64,000 nt of DNA, taken from Eubacteriales bacterium (GTDB lineage: Bacteria > Bacillota > Clostridia > Oscillospirales > JAAYXM01). Shown here one piece after another: positions 38,293-48,372 of this stretch. Position numbers and translations under genes: made by a program. Below the pieces are notes generated by a model. It ran no database searches and was not told the DNA's origin. It saw nothing but the letters and a program-made list of their open reading frames with translations. The stretch is from the NCBI GenBank assembly GCA_045586595.1, contig JAZNAQ010000031.1:36143-100142 (forward strand), read 5' to 3'. Numbering within the stretch: position 1 is the first letter of the stretch; each line of letters opens with the position of its first letter.

Positions 38293-39087
38293 TTATTCAC
38301 CTACTGTAATAAGTTCGCCCCGCATTCCGCGCGGCGCAACATAGAGCATCACATCAACACCCGGAATAATCCCATTCTGAGTGAGCGCTGTATGCACTGT
38401 TGTGTAAGCCTCACGCGGGGTATTGCTCTCTGCGCTCAAATGACCGAGAATTATGGTCTTTGTTCCCCGTTGTGCCGCCTTCACAGCAACCGCAGCACAG
38501 TCTTTATTCGACAGATGCCCGACATCGCTTGTGATTCGGTTTTTTAGGAACACGGGATATTTGCTGTAACGGAGCCGAGCCTCATCATAGTTGGATTCAA
38601 GAAGCAGCACGTCAGCCCCAAGGAGCTTTGTGAGCAGTTCATCATCCATATGGCCTATATCTGTTGCTACAACGGCACTCTCGTCGCCTGCACATATACG
38701 AAAGCCCATGCTCTCATATGTGTCATGAGGGGTGTGAAACGGCTCAACCAGGATGCCCCCAACCTCTGTTTTTTCGCCCTCATGCACGCACCTTACAATA
38801 CCGCAAAGCGAAGGTACGCGCTCTCCTATTCCGCGTGCCGTACCGCACGATGCATATACGGGAATATCTGCCCGCGAAAGAAGTTTCTCAAGCCCGGTTA
38901 TATGGTCGCCATGCTCATGTGTTATAAATATCGCATCAATCGCCGATACACCAACCTTGAGCATAGACAGTTCTCTTATTATTCGTGTTGCAGAGATACC
39001 TGCATCTATGAGTATATTCGTTTTTCCGTCGGATATGTATGTGCAATTTCCATTTGAGCCGCTCGCAAGCGGACAGACCTTAAGCAT
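38293..39087 (-). CDS. yycJ: MBL-fold metallo-hydrolase, YycJ/WalJ-like
   Basis: Shows MLKVCPLASGSNGNCTYI and the HEHGDH motif. AAGGGA followed by 8 nt and the ATG at 39087 is the likely start. Confidence 0.8.
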   Translation of the reverse strand: MLKVCPLASGSNGNCTYISDGKTNILIDAGISATRIIRELSMLKVGVSAIDAIFITHEHGDHITGLEKLLSRADIPVYASCGTARGIGERVPSLCGIVRCVHEGEKTEVGGILVEPFHTPHDTYESMGFRICAGDESAVVATDIGHMDDELLTKLLGADVLLLESNYDEARLRYSKYPVFLKNRITSDVGHLSNKDCAAVAVKAAQRGTKTIILGHLSAESNTPREAYTTVHTALTQNGIIPGVDVMLYVAPRGMRGELITVGE

Positions 39088-39112
39088 AGTTATTATCCCT
39101 TTATCGATACTA

Positions 39113-39143
39113 CAAAGGAACGGTTTTAGACCCCGTTCCTTTG
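39113..39143 (-). other. 11-bp hairpin between murA and yycJ (no U tract)
   Basis: CAAAGGAACGG-N9-CCGTTCCTTTG. Neither strand has a flanking T run immediately 3' of the stem. Confidence 0.3.
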
Positions 39144-39152
39144 AAAAATTCA

Positions 39153-40442
39153 TTATTGTGCCTTTGGTATTATTGTTCCATCAGGCATATCTGCCCTATA
39201 GATATGCGCACCCAGTGCGGTCAGCTTTTCTACGATATGCTCATAACCCCGCTCAATGTGAGAGATATCTTCAACCTCTGTTGTCCCGTTTGCGGCAAGA
39301 CCGGCTATTACAAGCGCCGCGCCTGCGCGCAGGTCGCAAGCCTTGACCGGTGCGCCGGTAAGGCTTTCCACACCTTCAACTATCGCTGTTTTCCCGTCGA
39401 CCTGAATTTTTGCTCCCATGCGGCGAAGCTCCTCTACATACCTGTAGCGGCTATCCCATACGCCCTCGGTTACAAGGCTCATCCCCTCGGCAATAGAGAG
39501 AATGACGGTTGCCTGCGGTTGCATATCCGTCGGGAATCCCGGATACGGAAGTGTCTTTATATTTGTTTTACGAAGCGGCTCATTTCTCTTCACGAGCAAC
39601 GAATCGTCATACTCGGTAATTTCTGCGCCCATCTCGACGAGCTTTGCGGTAATACAGTCAAGATGCTTTGGAATAATGTTCTTTATAAGAACCTCGCCAC
39701 CTGTAGCACATACTGCCGCCATATATGTCCCCGCCTCAATCTGGTCGGGGATAATGGTATATGTTCCACCCTCTATCTTCTTGACTCCGCGGACCTTTAT
39801 AACATCTGTACCTGCACCGCTTACATTTGCGCCCATAGAGTTTAAGAAGTTTGCGAGGTCTACTATATGGGGCTCCTTTGCCGCATTTTCAATAACAGTT
39901 GTGCCGTCTGCCAAAACCGCTGCAAGCATTGCATTCATTGTGGCACCTACAGAAACAACATCAAAATATATAGGAGCGGCAGTGAGTCTACCAACCGACT
40001 CTGCCATAACATAGCCGTTCTGTACATCAACGTTTGCACCAAGAAGCTTAAATGCTTTGGTGTGCTGGTCTATAGGGCGGTCTCCGAGGTTACATCCGCC
40101 CGGAAGCGCGACTTGTGCAGAGCCGAAACGCCCGAGAAGCGCACCTATAAGGTAATAGGATGCGCGAATCATGCGAGCCATGTCATAATCGGCTTTTGTT
40201 GTACGTATTTTTGAAGCGTTTATTTCGACACAGTTGCGATTTATAAGACGAACCTGCGCACCTATATCGCGCAGAAGGTCAAGCATCAGCGTTACATCAC
40301 GGATTTCCGGGATGTTTTCAATACGGCATGTTCCGTCTACAAGAAGCGCCGCGGGAATTATTGCAACGGCAGCATTCTTCGCACCGCTTATTGTTACTTC
40401 TCCGCGCAGCTTTCTGCCGCCGTCTATAACATACTTTGTCAA
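39153..40442 (-). CDS. murA: UDP-N-acetylglucosamine 1-carboxyvinyltransferase
   Basis: 429 aa with ISGAKNAAVAIIPAALL and the active-site region GGCNLGDRPID (Cys present). The start codon is TTG. Confidence 0.93.
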   Translation of the reverse strand: MTKYVIDGGRKLRGEVTISGAKNAAVAIIPAALLVDGTCRIENIPEIRDVTLMLDLLRDIGAQVRLINRNCVEINASKIRTTKADYDMARMIRASYYLIGALLGRFGSAQVALPGGCNLGDRPIDQHTKAFKLLGANVDVQNGYVMAESVGRLTAAPIYFDVVSVGATMNAMLAAVLADGTTVIENAAKEPHIVDLANFLNSMGANVSGAGTDVIKVRGVKKIEGGTYTIIPDQIEAGTYMAAVCATGGEVLIKNIIPKHLDCITAKLVEMGAEITEYDDSLLVKRNEPLRKTNIKTLPYPGFPTDMQPQATVILSIAEGMSLVTEGVWDSRYRYVEELRRMGAKIQVDGKTAIVEGVESLTGAPVKACDLRAGAALVIAGLAANGTTEVEDISHIERGYEHIVEKLTALGAHIYRADMPDGTIIPKAQ

Positions 40443-40537
40443 AGACTCGCACCCTCTTCTCTCGTTATACTCATTTATCAGTATAGGTAAAAGCTCTTCA
40501 CTTTAAACTCAAAATAATATAATATTTACCGAATTAA

Positions 40538-40566
40538 ATTATAACAGACTTCACTGCAAAATGCAA
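40538..40566 (-). promoter_or_regulatory. Sigma-A type promoter for murA (TTGCAT-17 nt-TATAAT)
   Basis: The minus strand reads TTGCATtttgcagtgaagtctgtTATAAT, about 95 nt upstream of the murA start. Confidence 0.55.
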
Positions 40567-40592
40567 AGATTATTTGAATATTTTATAAGTTT

Positions 40593-41414
40593 TTAAATGT
40601 CTGTCAGTTTACCCGTCTGCATATCCACATAGAACACACTCTCAGAGGTTTTTATTTCAAGCGTCGGGATGAGCGAAAGAACGCCTGAAGTAAGCGGTTT
40701 TGAGACATATCCGTAATTTATTTCAGATATACGAAGTTCACCGTGTCCCCGCGTCTTGACTGCATCTGCAAACGAGAGCATCAGCGCAGATGTGGCCATT
40801 ACCTCGCCCGAAGCCTCAGAGGTTTTGCCCTTGCCTAAAAACTTACCGTGAGCAAGTACGTTCCCGCCCGAGGATATTCTCATCTCAATATCGCAGTCAA
40901 ACACATGGACACCTGAGAATACCTGCGGAATATAAACCACATATCCGCCGTCTTTTGTCTCAGATATAAAATCATACGATGCAGTAGGCACATTCAGCTT
41001 CAAAGCAAGCTTTCCCGCGAGCTTTTTCGCATCTTGCGAGCTTGACACTTCCTCACCGGATTCATAAACGAGCGAAAACGTGTCTTTCGAAAATAACACA
41101 TTTCCCCCGTCGCCGACATAAGCTATGCCTTCTTCACCCGTATTTTCAACAACACTTCCAAAAAGCTTCTCCGCTATTTTTTTTAAATTGTGAATACTCT
41201 CCCTTGTAGCAGGGCGTATCTCAATTGAGTCTGAAGGTATTGTATCCTCACTCACCGCTATGCCCTGCGCCGAAAGTATTTTGCACAAATCTGATCGAAC
41301 AGCCACCTCATCGCTTCTTACCTGATTTTCGCGCATGACATATGTCACAAGCAGAAACGCATTCACGGCGAGAAGAACCGCTATAAGAACAGTTTTAGCC
41401 CTCGACCAATTCAT
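40593..41414 (-). CDS. yycI: YycI-like regulator of the WalK kinase
   Basis: 273 aa. The N-terminus MNWSRAKTVLIAVLLAVNAFLLVTYV matches the YycI-type MDW..TK...I..FL.LN.FL anchor. The size and the position after the yycH-like gene also fit. Confidence 0.65.
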   Translation of the reverse strand: MNWSRAKTVLIAVLLAVNAFLLVTYVMRENQVRSDEVAVRSDLCKILSAQGIAVSEDTIPSDSIEIRPATRESIHNLKKIAEKLFGSVVENTGEEGIAYVGDGGNVLFSKDTFSLVYESGEEVSSSQDAKKLAGKLALKLNVPTASYDFISETKDGGYVVYIPQVFSGVHVFDCDIEMRISSGGNVLAHGKFLGKGKTSEASGEVMATSALMLSFADAVKTRGHGELRISEINYGYVSKPLTSGVLSLIPTLEIKTSESVFYVDMQTGKLTDI

Positions 41415-42762
41415 TTCCGTTCTCCTCTCCGACAGTCTTCTTTACCCCGCCTATGAACCATGACGGAGAAATTACCGTATCACCATTATCGGCATATCGC
41501 AGGTTCAGCTCACCGGTCTTTCCGCTTCCCTTTATTGCCGCAGCTGCAAGCCGCTCAGAAAGGGTATCGGCACTCTGCGAGGATATGTCATAGCCGCGCA
41601 GATTAACCTTTGCCGCACGCACACTTTCACCCGTTATGGTTATCCTTGCAAAATATGTGGTGCCTTTCATATTAATGGGAACACCCCCGATATGACGGCC
41701 GAAAACCACCTCTGTGTTCTCTCCGTTTTCTGCAACATCGATAAGGTATATCCCCCCACTTCCCGGAAGACTTGCCGCAAGATACGCGGCAAGTGTGCGC
41801 GCACTCTCTGTCTTCTCGGCAAGCGTTGGCGTTTCTCCGTCAAAGCTTACGCCTATCCCCAGCGTCTCGTCTACCTCGTCACGGGTATCACTGTATGAAG
41901 CTATCCCATCCGGAGAAATTTTAAGCGTTACCATATCGGCAACATAAACCTCTGTCCCGTCAGCCTCCGCATAAGTACTCGGTGTTACATCACGAAGTCT
42001 GAAGCTTTCAAGACACGCATTTCTCACACTGTCGCCAAACGTCACATATGAGTTGTATGCCGATACTGCATAGGTCTTCGGGCGATTCGAGACCATTATA
42101 ACAGTTTCGCCTGATATGGCTTGAAAATCCTCTTCCTCACTCTCAAGTGCAAGAAATGCAGGGTCTGCACGAACTCCCTCCATTGCAGTTTTGAGCCCAT
42201 CTGAAGCGGAGGTGGATGTCATCTCATACACCGTATTATTATCACTGTTTTTTACATATACTTTTACATTTTTATCGTCTGTTGAGAGCATAAAATATCT
42301 GCCGCATACAGTTGACGCACTGTTTCCGGCCCCGAGCCAGAGCTTTATCGTCTCAACGGGCGCGTTGCCATAATAATCAAGAAACACACCCTCTCCGCGA
42401 AGTGCCTCTGCCCAGGTGTCCTCGTCCGTTCTTTGTGTTGATTTTATACTGCCGAAGACCTGTGCTATTTCATCACGCAGAGCTCTGTACGCGCCATCGC
42501 TCGCACTGCTGTTATATACAACTCCGCGTGCTCCGTTTGCATCTCGCATAAGTATGCTGACGGGCCGTATTCCGAACACTTCAAGGTCTGAGCCCGCGCC
42601 GGCTCCGACAACCTCTCCGGTGTTTGAAATCCCTAACAGGTCACCAAAGCTCACACTTTTAAATGGGCTGTCAAAAAACCACACCGCATATGTGAAGTAT
42701 AATACCCCCGCAATCAGGACACATATGAGAACAGTTTTTATTCTTTCCTTGGTCTCATTCAT
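41395..42762 (-). CDS. yycH: YycH-like regulator of the WalK kinase
   Basis: 455 aa with an N-terminal anchor (KERIKTVLICVLIAGVLYFTYAVW) and a large extracytoplasmic domain. It overlaps both the kinase gene and the yycI-like gene. Confidence 0.6.
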   Translation of the reverse strand: MNETKERIKTVLICVLIAGVLYFTYAVWFFDSPFKSVSFGDLLGISNTGEVVGAGAGSDLEVFGIRPVSILMRDANGARGVVYNSSASDGAYRALRDEIAQVFGSIKSTQRTDEDTWAEALRGEGVFLDYYGNAPVETIKLWLGAGNSASTVCGRYFMLSTDDKNVKVYVKNSDNNTVYEMTSTSASDGLKTAMEGVRADPAFLALESEEEDFQAISGETVIMVSNRPKTYAVSAYNSYVTFGDSVRNACLESFRLRDVTPSTYAEADGTEVYVADMVTLKISPDGIASYSDTRDEVDETLGIGVSFDGETPTLAEKTESARTLAAYLAASLPGSGGIYLIDVAENGENTEVVFGRHIGGVPINMKGTTYFARITITGESVRAAKVNLRGYDISSQSADTLSERLAAAAIKGSGKTGELNLRYADNGDTVISPSWFIGGVKKTVGEENGNELVEG

Positions 42763-44513
42763 ACCGTCTCACCCGCACTGTCCTTAGGAAGTATTACCGA
42801 CACGGTTGTCCCATGGCCGTATTTGCTCTCAAGTCTTATCTCTCCACCGTAATGCTCAATAATCTCTTTTGCAATCGCGAGCCCCAGACCCGTACCGCCC
42901 ATTTCGCGGCTTCGCGCCTTATCTACACGGTAGAATCGTTCAAACAGACGCGGCATATCCTTCTCAGGAATACCTATACCATTATCTTTTACCGTTATCT
43001 TTATAAATTTATCATAGCTCTCTGCCGAGAAATCTATCTTACCGCCCTCGGGAGTATATTTTACTGCATTTGACAGAAGGTTTATAAATACCTGTTCTAT
43101 CCTCTCACGGTCACCGTAGAAGTCAGCGAGCGCAGCATCAACGGACATCGTCAGCTTGTGCCCATTTCTTCTCGCCTCCATCTCCATGGCGCGATATGCG
43201 TTTTCAACGCTCTTTTTGAGTGAGAAGTTTTCGTTCTTCCAATCCATCTTTGCGGAATCAAGCCTTGAAAGCGTCAGGAGGTCTTTTACTATACGCGTCA
43301 TTCTATCGGTTTCGTTTAGAATTACACTATAAAATTGTGCCTTCATTTCATCCGGTGCATCCGGCGATTCAGCAAGCGTTTCAGTATAGCTCTTTACGTT
43401 TGTAAGCGGTGTGCGCAGCTCATGCGATACATTCGCCACAAACTCACGGCGTGAGTTTTCAAGCTTCTGCTGCTCGGTAAAATCGTGAATAATTGCGATT
43501 ACTCCTCGCTCTTCAGCCTCATTTCCGAACAGAGCAAAGCTCACCTTGAGCGTTTTCTCTCCTGCGCAGAGGTTCCTCTCTTCAAAGCTTTCTTCCATGC
43601 TGAGCAGTGAATCAAAATCAATATCACTGTCCTTAAATATTTCTGCATACGACTTATGCGTTTTGGGGTCAAACCCAAGCATTTCAGCTGCGGCAGGGTT
43701 GTGGTGTATCAGGCTTCCGTCGCGTGCAAATGCCGTCACGCCATCGGTCATGTAGAGAAACATTGTGTCAAGCTTATTTCTCTCGCCTTCAACCTTGGCA
43801 AGCGTTGAATTAAGCGCACTGGCCATGTCGTTAAAGGTTTCGGTAAGCGTTCCTATCTCGTCGTTTGACTGTACGTCAAGGGACGTATCGAGCTCACCCA
43901 TCGACAGGCGTTTTGCACCCTTTGTTATGTTCTCAATCGGAATCGTTATTGTCTTTGCAAAAATAAAGCTCAAGAATACCGCAATGAGAAGTGCAAACAT
44001 GACTGTGCGCAGAATTATTTTAAACATGGATGCAGTAAGGCTCTGCTGGTCCTGCTTTGTGTCCTTTACATATACAATATATTTAACTTCGTCGTCAACG
44101 ACAATCGGGTTTGCGCGGTCAATATACCCGCTCGAAATTCGCTTTTCCTGCCCTATTCTTCCGCTAAGTGCAGAAATTATGGCGGGAGTTCTGACAACCT
44201 GGTCATCGTTTGACCCAAAAAGCGTTTTTCCCGTCTCGCCGTCGAGTATGTAGTAATTCCGATAACTGCTTATCCTCATGGCAGACGAGTATGCTTCAAC
44301 GGCCGTATTAAGACGCTCCGCCCCGTTCTCTGCCTGTGCCTCGGTTTTAAGCATAGCAAATACCTCGGCGTTAAATACCGAGTTCATCTGCTCTGTAAAA
44401 TCGTCAAAATAATAAACCGATACCTGATTTATCATAAATGTTCCCGCAATCGACATAACGGAAACTATAAGCAAAACGAGTACAAGCACAAGCTTCATCT
44501 GAAGCGAACGCAA
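42759..44513 (-). CDS. walK: Sensor histidine kinase, WalK-like (2 TM, extracellular loop, HAMP, PAS, HisKA, HATPase)
   Basis: 584 aa with H-box FVANVSHELRTPLT, N-box LLSNAVKYTP and G-boxes DNGIGIP and GGTGLGLAI. GGAGGGG followed by 6 nt and TTG is the start. Confidence 0.8.
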   Translation of the reverse strand: MRSLQMKLVLVLVLLIVSVMSIAGTFMINQVSVYYFDDFTEQMNSVFNAEVFAMLKTEAQAENGAERLNTAVEAYSSAMRISSYRNYYILDGETGKTLFGSNDDQVVRTPAIISALSGRIGQEKRISSGYIDRANPIVVDDEVKYIVYVKDTKQDQQSLTASMFKIILRTVMFALLIAVFLSFIFAKTITIPIENITKGAKRLSMGELDTSLDVQSNDEIGTLTETFNDMASALNSTLAKVEGERNKLDTMFLYMTDGVTAFARDGSLIHHNPAAAEMLGFDPKTHKSYAEIFKDSDIDFDSLLSMEESFEERNLCAGEKTLKVSFALFGNEAEERGVIAIIHDFTEQQKLENSRREFVANVSHELRTPLTNVKSYTETLAESPDAPDEMKAQFYSVILNETDRMTRIVKDLLTLSRLDSAKMDWKNENFSLKKSVENAYRAMEMEARRNGHKLTMSVDAALADFYGDRERIEQVFINLLSNAVKYTPEGGKIDFSAESYDKFIKITVKDNGIGIPEKDMPRLFERFYRVDKARSREMGGTGLGLAIAKEIIEHYGGEIRLESKYGHGTTVSVILPKDSAGETV

Positions 44514-44541
44514 AGCGATCCCCTCCTATCGGTTGGTATAA

Positions 44542-45240
44542 TCAATCAGCAAACATATATCCTGCGCCGCGACGTGTTACGATTCTCACCGGGTTTGCAG
44601 GGTCATCTTCAATCTTTTCGCGGAGCCTTCTCACGGTTACGTCTACAGTTCTCAAATCACCGTAGTAATCATACTGCCAGACGTTTTCCATAAGTGCCTC
44701 TCGTGAAAAAACCTGATTTGGCTGTGTTGCTAGGAACTTTATAAGATCAAACTCTCGGGGAGTGAGTTCTATTTTTTCACCCTTTTTCTTCACATCAAGA
44801 CTCTTTAAGTTTATAACAATATCACCGAACACAAGTTTGTTTGCGTCGCTTGCGTCCGGAGTGTCTGCAACCGTGGCAAGGCTTCGGCGCACATTTGCCT
44901 TAATGCGTGCCATCAACTCACGCATTGAAAAAGGTTTCGTTATATAGTCATCAGCCCCAAGCTCAAGGCCGAGAACCTTATCTACCTCTTCTTCGCGTGC
45001 CGTCAGCATAATTATCGGCACGTTTGAACTGCGGCGGAGATTCTTGCATACCTCAAAGCCGTCAAGCTTCGGGAGCATTACGTCAAGCAGAATGAGGTCG
45101 GGGTTTTCCTCCTGCGCTGCGCGCAGCCCATCCTCGCCGTCATATGCACACACAACGGCATACCCCTCTTTTTTCAAATTGAATTGTAGAATATCAGCAA
45201 TAGCCTTTTCATCTTCAACTACAAGTATTTTTTTATCCAT
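44542..45240 (-). CDS. walR: OmpR-family response regulator, WalR-like
   Basis: 232 aa with the receiver domain ([16 protein letters not shown]) and a winged-helix C-terminus ([26 protein letters not shown]). Confidence 0.85.
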   Translation of the reverse strand: MDKKILVVEDEKAIADILQFNLKKEGYAVVCAYDGEDGLRAAQEENPDLILLDVMLPKLDGFEVCKNLRRSSNVPIIMLTAREEEVDKVLGLELGADDYITKPFSMRELMARIKANVRRSLATVADTPDASDANKLVFGDIVINLKSLDVKKKGEKIELTPREFDLIKFLATQPNQVFSREALMENVWQYDYYGDLRTVDVTVRRLREKIEDDPANPVRIVTRRGAGYMFAD

Positions 45241-45262
45241 ACTGTTCTACCTCCCGAATAAA

Positions 45263-45796
45263 CTAAACTCCGAGAATTCTTGCTGCGCGCAGTATAAGCA
45301 CCGCGGTTTTGGCATCATCTATTTTGCCTTCATCGCACATCTTAAGCGCGTCTGTGAGCTTGTATCTCTTTATCTGTAAAAACTCTCCCTCGTCAGGGTG
45401 CGCCTGCCCTTCATGCAACCCTCGGGCGAGGTATAAGTGAATCCGCTCGGTCATACACCCCGGAGACGGATAAACGAACCCCAGATATGTCATTTCGTCT
45501 GCTGTATATCCAGTCTCCTCCGAAAGCTCGCGTATTCCGCAGTCAAGATGCAGCTCGTCACCGTCCACCTTTCCCGCAGGGGCCTCAAGTATCTCTACTT
45601 CAAATGGGTAGCGGTACTGCGAGACAAGTATTATATCCCCATCGTCAGTCACAGGCAAGATTGCAACACCGTCACAATGTTCACACACCTCACGCGTGGT
45701 TTTTCTGCCGCCAATCTCTACCTCATCCTCACGCAGGTTCATTATTACGCCTTTAAAATGATACTTCTGCGAAAGAGTCTTTTCTATGTTGTTCAT
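45263..45796 (-). CDS. NUDIX hydrolase (ADP-ribose pyrophosphatase-like)
   Basis: 177 aa with the Nudix box GKVDGDELHLDCGIRELSEETGY. Confidence 0.8.
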   Translation of the reverse strand: MNNIEKTLSQKYHFKGVIMNLREDEVEIGGRKTTREVCEHCDGVAILPVTDDGDIILVSQYRYPFEVEILEAPAGKVDGDELHLDCGIRELSEETGYTADEMTYLGFVYPSPGCMTERIHLYLARGLHEGQAHPDEGEFLQIKRYKLTDALKMCDEGKIDDAKTAVLILRAARILGV

Positions 45797-47034
45797 AGCT
45801 TTTCCGCCTCCCGTCGCAATATATCAAAGCACTCCTGTGCTGCACGGCTTCGCGCAAGCGCGCGACCTCTAGGCTGATAAATCTTTGAGCTTACGGTTTT
45901 GCCACACAGGGTTACTGCAACATATACCGTACCACCCGGATTTTTCTCATCGCCCGATCCCGGGTCTGCATACCCCGTGACCCCGATACCTGCATCTGTT
46001 CCAAACTTTTGACACGCCGCCCGGGACAATGCCTCGGCACATTCACGACTTACAGCACCGTGGGTATCAAGAAGATTCTTGTCTATACCAAGAAGATTTA
46101 TCTTCATCTCATTTGTATAGGCACAAATACCGCCGTAAAAAACCTCTGATGCGCCGGGTATGTCGGTTATAAGCTTTGCGCACAATCCCCCTGTGCAGGA
46201 CTCTGCCGTCGCAAGCGTAAGCTTTTTTTGCTTCAGAAGCTGAAATGCGGCAGCATGAAGTGACGGAACATCAACGCCGTAGACAACATCTCCGAGAATT
46301 TCCTCGACCTTTTCTATGACAGGCCGGGTTATGGCGTCAGCCTCCTCCTCAGACTCCGCTTTACCCGTAACCCGCAGAAGCACCTCGCCATCCTTTGCAT
46401 ACGGTGCAAGTGTCGGGTTTTTCATTTCTTCTGCAAAATCACGGATTTTGCTCTCAACCTCGCTCTCACCCATACCGTAGATATGGATTCCATGAGAAAC
46501 GAGGTGTGAATCAGAAAGCTTTTGGAGATATGGCACCATGCGATGTTTTACCATAGGCTCGCACTCACGCGGAGGCCCCGGAAGCATTATAAGAAACTTT
46601 CCCCCGTCCTCTATAGCACAGCCCGGGGCGGTTCCCCAATCGTTTTCTAAAACCGTACAACCCTCGGGCAGATATGCCTGACGCGCGTTATTATCTGTCA
46701 TGGTTCTTCCAAGCTTTTTAAAATATGCCTTTATCTTCTCAAGCGCAGGCTCAGACAAAACAAGCTTTTTTCCGAAGGCCTCTGCCGCAACCTGTTTTGT
46801 GAGGTCATCAAATGTTGGGCCAAGCCCACCTGTTGTTATTATTATATCCGAGCGTTTTTTAGCGGTGAGAATAACCTCGCGGAGGCGCTCAGGGTTATCG
46901 CCTACAACCGTCTGATAATATGCATTTATACCGAGCTCCGAAAGAGCGCGGGCAACTGTGACCGCATCGGTATTTGTAATTTCGCCGAGCAGGATTTCAG
47001 TCCCTACGGCAATTATCTCTGCTGAAAAACTCAA
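45793..47034 (-). CDS. cinA: Competence/damage-inducible protein CinA (MoCF-type domain + PncC-type NMN amidohydrolase domain)
   Basis: 413 aa with AEIIAVGTEILLGEITNTD, ITTGGLGPTFDDLT and a C-terminal TAESCTGG motif. Confidence 0.9.
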   Translation of the reverse strand: MSFSAEIIAVGTEILLGEITNTDAVTVARALSELGINAYYQTVVGDNPERLREVILTAKKRSDIIITTGGLGPTFDDLTKQVAAEAFGKKLVLSEPALEKIKAYFKKLGRTMTDNNARQAYLPEGCTVLENDWGTAPGCAIEDGGKFLIMLPGPPRECEPMVKHRMVPYLQKLSDSHLVSHGIHIYGMGESEVESKIRDFAEEMKNPTLAPYAKDGEVLLRVTGKAESEEEADAITRPVIEKVEEILGDVVYGVDVPSLHAAAFQLLKQKKLTLATAESCTGGLCAKLITDIPGASEVFYGGICAYTNEMKINLLGIDKNLLDTHGAVSRECAEALSRAACQKFGTDAGIGVTGYADPGSGDEKNPGGTVYVAVTLCGKTVSSKIYQPRGRALARSRAAQECFDILRREAEKL

Positions 47035-47051
47035 CCGGGTTTTCCTTCCTT

Positions 47052-48212
47052 CTATATAATCTCAATTTCTGCTATTGCAGCCTCTGCAAGCGCCTCAAAC
47101 GGAAGCTTTTTCTCCTCTTCGAGAATATATTCAAGCTTCGGTTTTGTGCGCGGGTGCTTGGGGGTGAACACCGTACAACAGTCCTCATACGGAAGTATTG
47201 ACGTTTCAAACGTGTTTATTCGCCGAGCTATCGCTACTATTTCTTCTTTATCCATGCCGATAACCGGACGTAGCACAGGGAGCGTAATACCATTTTCGGT
47301 AACACCCAGCGCCTCCATTGTCTGGCTTGCAACCTGGCCGAGGCTCTCTCCCGTAATGAGCGCACCGCAGTTGTTTGCAAGCGCCACCTTTTCGGCAATA
47401 TACATCATAAACCTGCGCATAATCAGCGTAAAATACTCTTCACGGCAATGTGCCCTGATTTCTTCTTGAATCTTTGTAAACGGCACCATCGCTATCTTTA
47501 TGTTCCCTGCATATACACCGACAAGGCGAGCAAGTTCTATTACCTTTTCCTTGGCGCGCTCTGATGTATAAGGGTATGAGAAAAAGTGAATTCCAAAAAG
47601 CTCGACACCACGTTTTGCCATCATATAGGCTGCAACAGGACTGTCTATTCCGCCCGATAGCAGGATTGCCGCACGCCCGTTAATACCCACAGGCAACCCG
47701 CCCGCGCCCGGGGTTGGGTTTGCGTGGACATATGCCGCGCGGTCACGGATTTCAACCTTCACGCACACCTCGGGTTTTTTTACGTCAACCGAGAGGTTTT
47801 CAAACGCGTCGTGAAGGGCGCTTCCTACCTCAAAAGCAATCTCGGGTGATTTCTTCGGAAACGACTTATCGGAGCGTTTTGCCTCAACCTTAAAAGTTTT
47901 TGCGGCACTTAGCTCGTCATGTAAATATTCCTTTGCAACAGCAATGATTTTATCTATATCTTTCTCCACCTCTGCCGCGCGGGAGATGTTTACAACTCCA
48001 AACACCTTCTCTGCAGCGGCGAGCGCCGCATCCATATCGCAGTTCTCGTCCTGCGGCTCGACATATATCGTAGACTGCATACAATATATATTAAACGTAC
48101 CGAAATTCTTTATCCGCCACGCAAGATTCTTCATCAGCCTTTTCTCAAAATTGGTGCGGTTTAACCCTTTAAGTACAAGCTCTCCGAGCTTTAAAAGCAG
48201 TATCTCTTTCAA
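47052..48212 (-). CDS. thiI: tRNA 4-thiouridine(8) synthase ThiI
   Basis: THUMP domain plus PP-loop LLSGGIDSPVAAY. AAAGGTGAG followed by 7 nt and TTG at 48212 (LKEILLLKLGELVLKG) is the start. The ORF-track ATG at 48275 lies inside the predicted promoter. Confidence 0.88.
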   Translation of the reverse strand: MKEILLLKLGELVLKGLNRTNFEKRLMKNLAWRIKNFGTFNIYCMQSTIYVEPQDENCDMDAALAAAEKVFGVVNISRAAEVEKDIDKIIAVAKEYLHDELSAAKTFKVEAKRSDKSFPKKSPEIAFEVGSALHDAFENLSVDVKKPEVCVKVEIRDRAAYVHANPTPGAGGLPVGINGRAAILLSGGIDSPVAAYMMAKRGVELFGIHFFSYPYTSERAKEKVIELARLVGVYAGNIKIAMVPFTKIQEEIRAHCREEYFTLIMRRFMMYIAEKVALANNCGALITGESLGQVASQTMEALGVTENGITLPVLRPVIGMDKEEIVAIARRINTFETSILPYEDCCTVFTPKHPRTKPKLEYILEEEKKLPFEALAEAAIAEIEII

Positions 48213-48246
48213 ATCAATGCTCACCTTTCGATATTTATACATATTA

Positions 48247-48275
48247 ATTATACAACATTTACCGAAAATAAACAA
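48247..48275 (-). promoter_or_regulatory. Sigma-A type promoter for thiI (TTGTTT-17 nt-TATAAT)
   Basis: The minus strand reads TTGTTTattttcggtaaatgttgTATAAT. Confidence 0.5.
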
Positions 48276-48308
48276 TAGCTCTTACTATATAAAGTACAAA
48301 CATATTGT

Positions 48309-48337
48309 TTGACTTTTTATGCCACAGTTGATATAAT
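48309..48337 (+). promoter_or_regulatory. Sigma-A type promoter for the DMT transporter gene (TTGACT-17 nt-TATAAT)
   Basis: The plus strand reads TTGACTttttatgccacagttgaTATAAT, 35 nt upstream of the ATG at 48373. Confidence 0.55.
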
Positions 48338-48372
48338 TTTTTCTGTAAATATTTTCAAAGGGTTGTAACGCT

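Noticed and set aside
39141-39845. 234-aa plus-strand ORF antisense to murA.
   Set aside because: It is a shadow ORF of a highly conserved gene, with Cys/Leu/Arg/Tyr-rich composition, no RBS and no domain-like motifs.
48213-48275. Longer ThiI start (ATG at 48275), plus similar long N-terminal extensions for pgcA (37872), yycJ (39153), the adh gene (50271), the cofE-like gene (53613), rubredoxin (61595) and truB (24876).
   Set aside because: The extensions lack an RBS, overlap upstream genes or predicted promoters, and add non-conserved residues ahead of family-typical N-termini that do have good RBS spacing.
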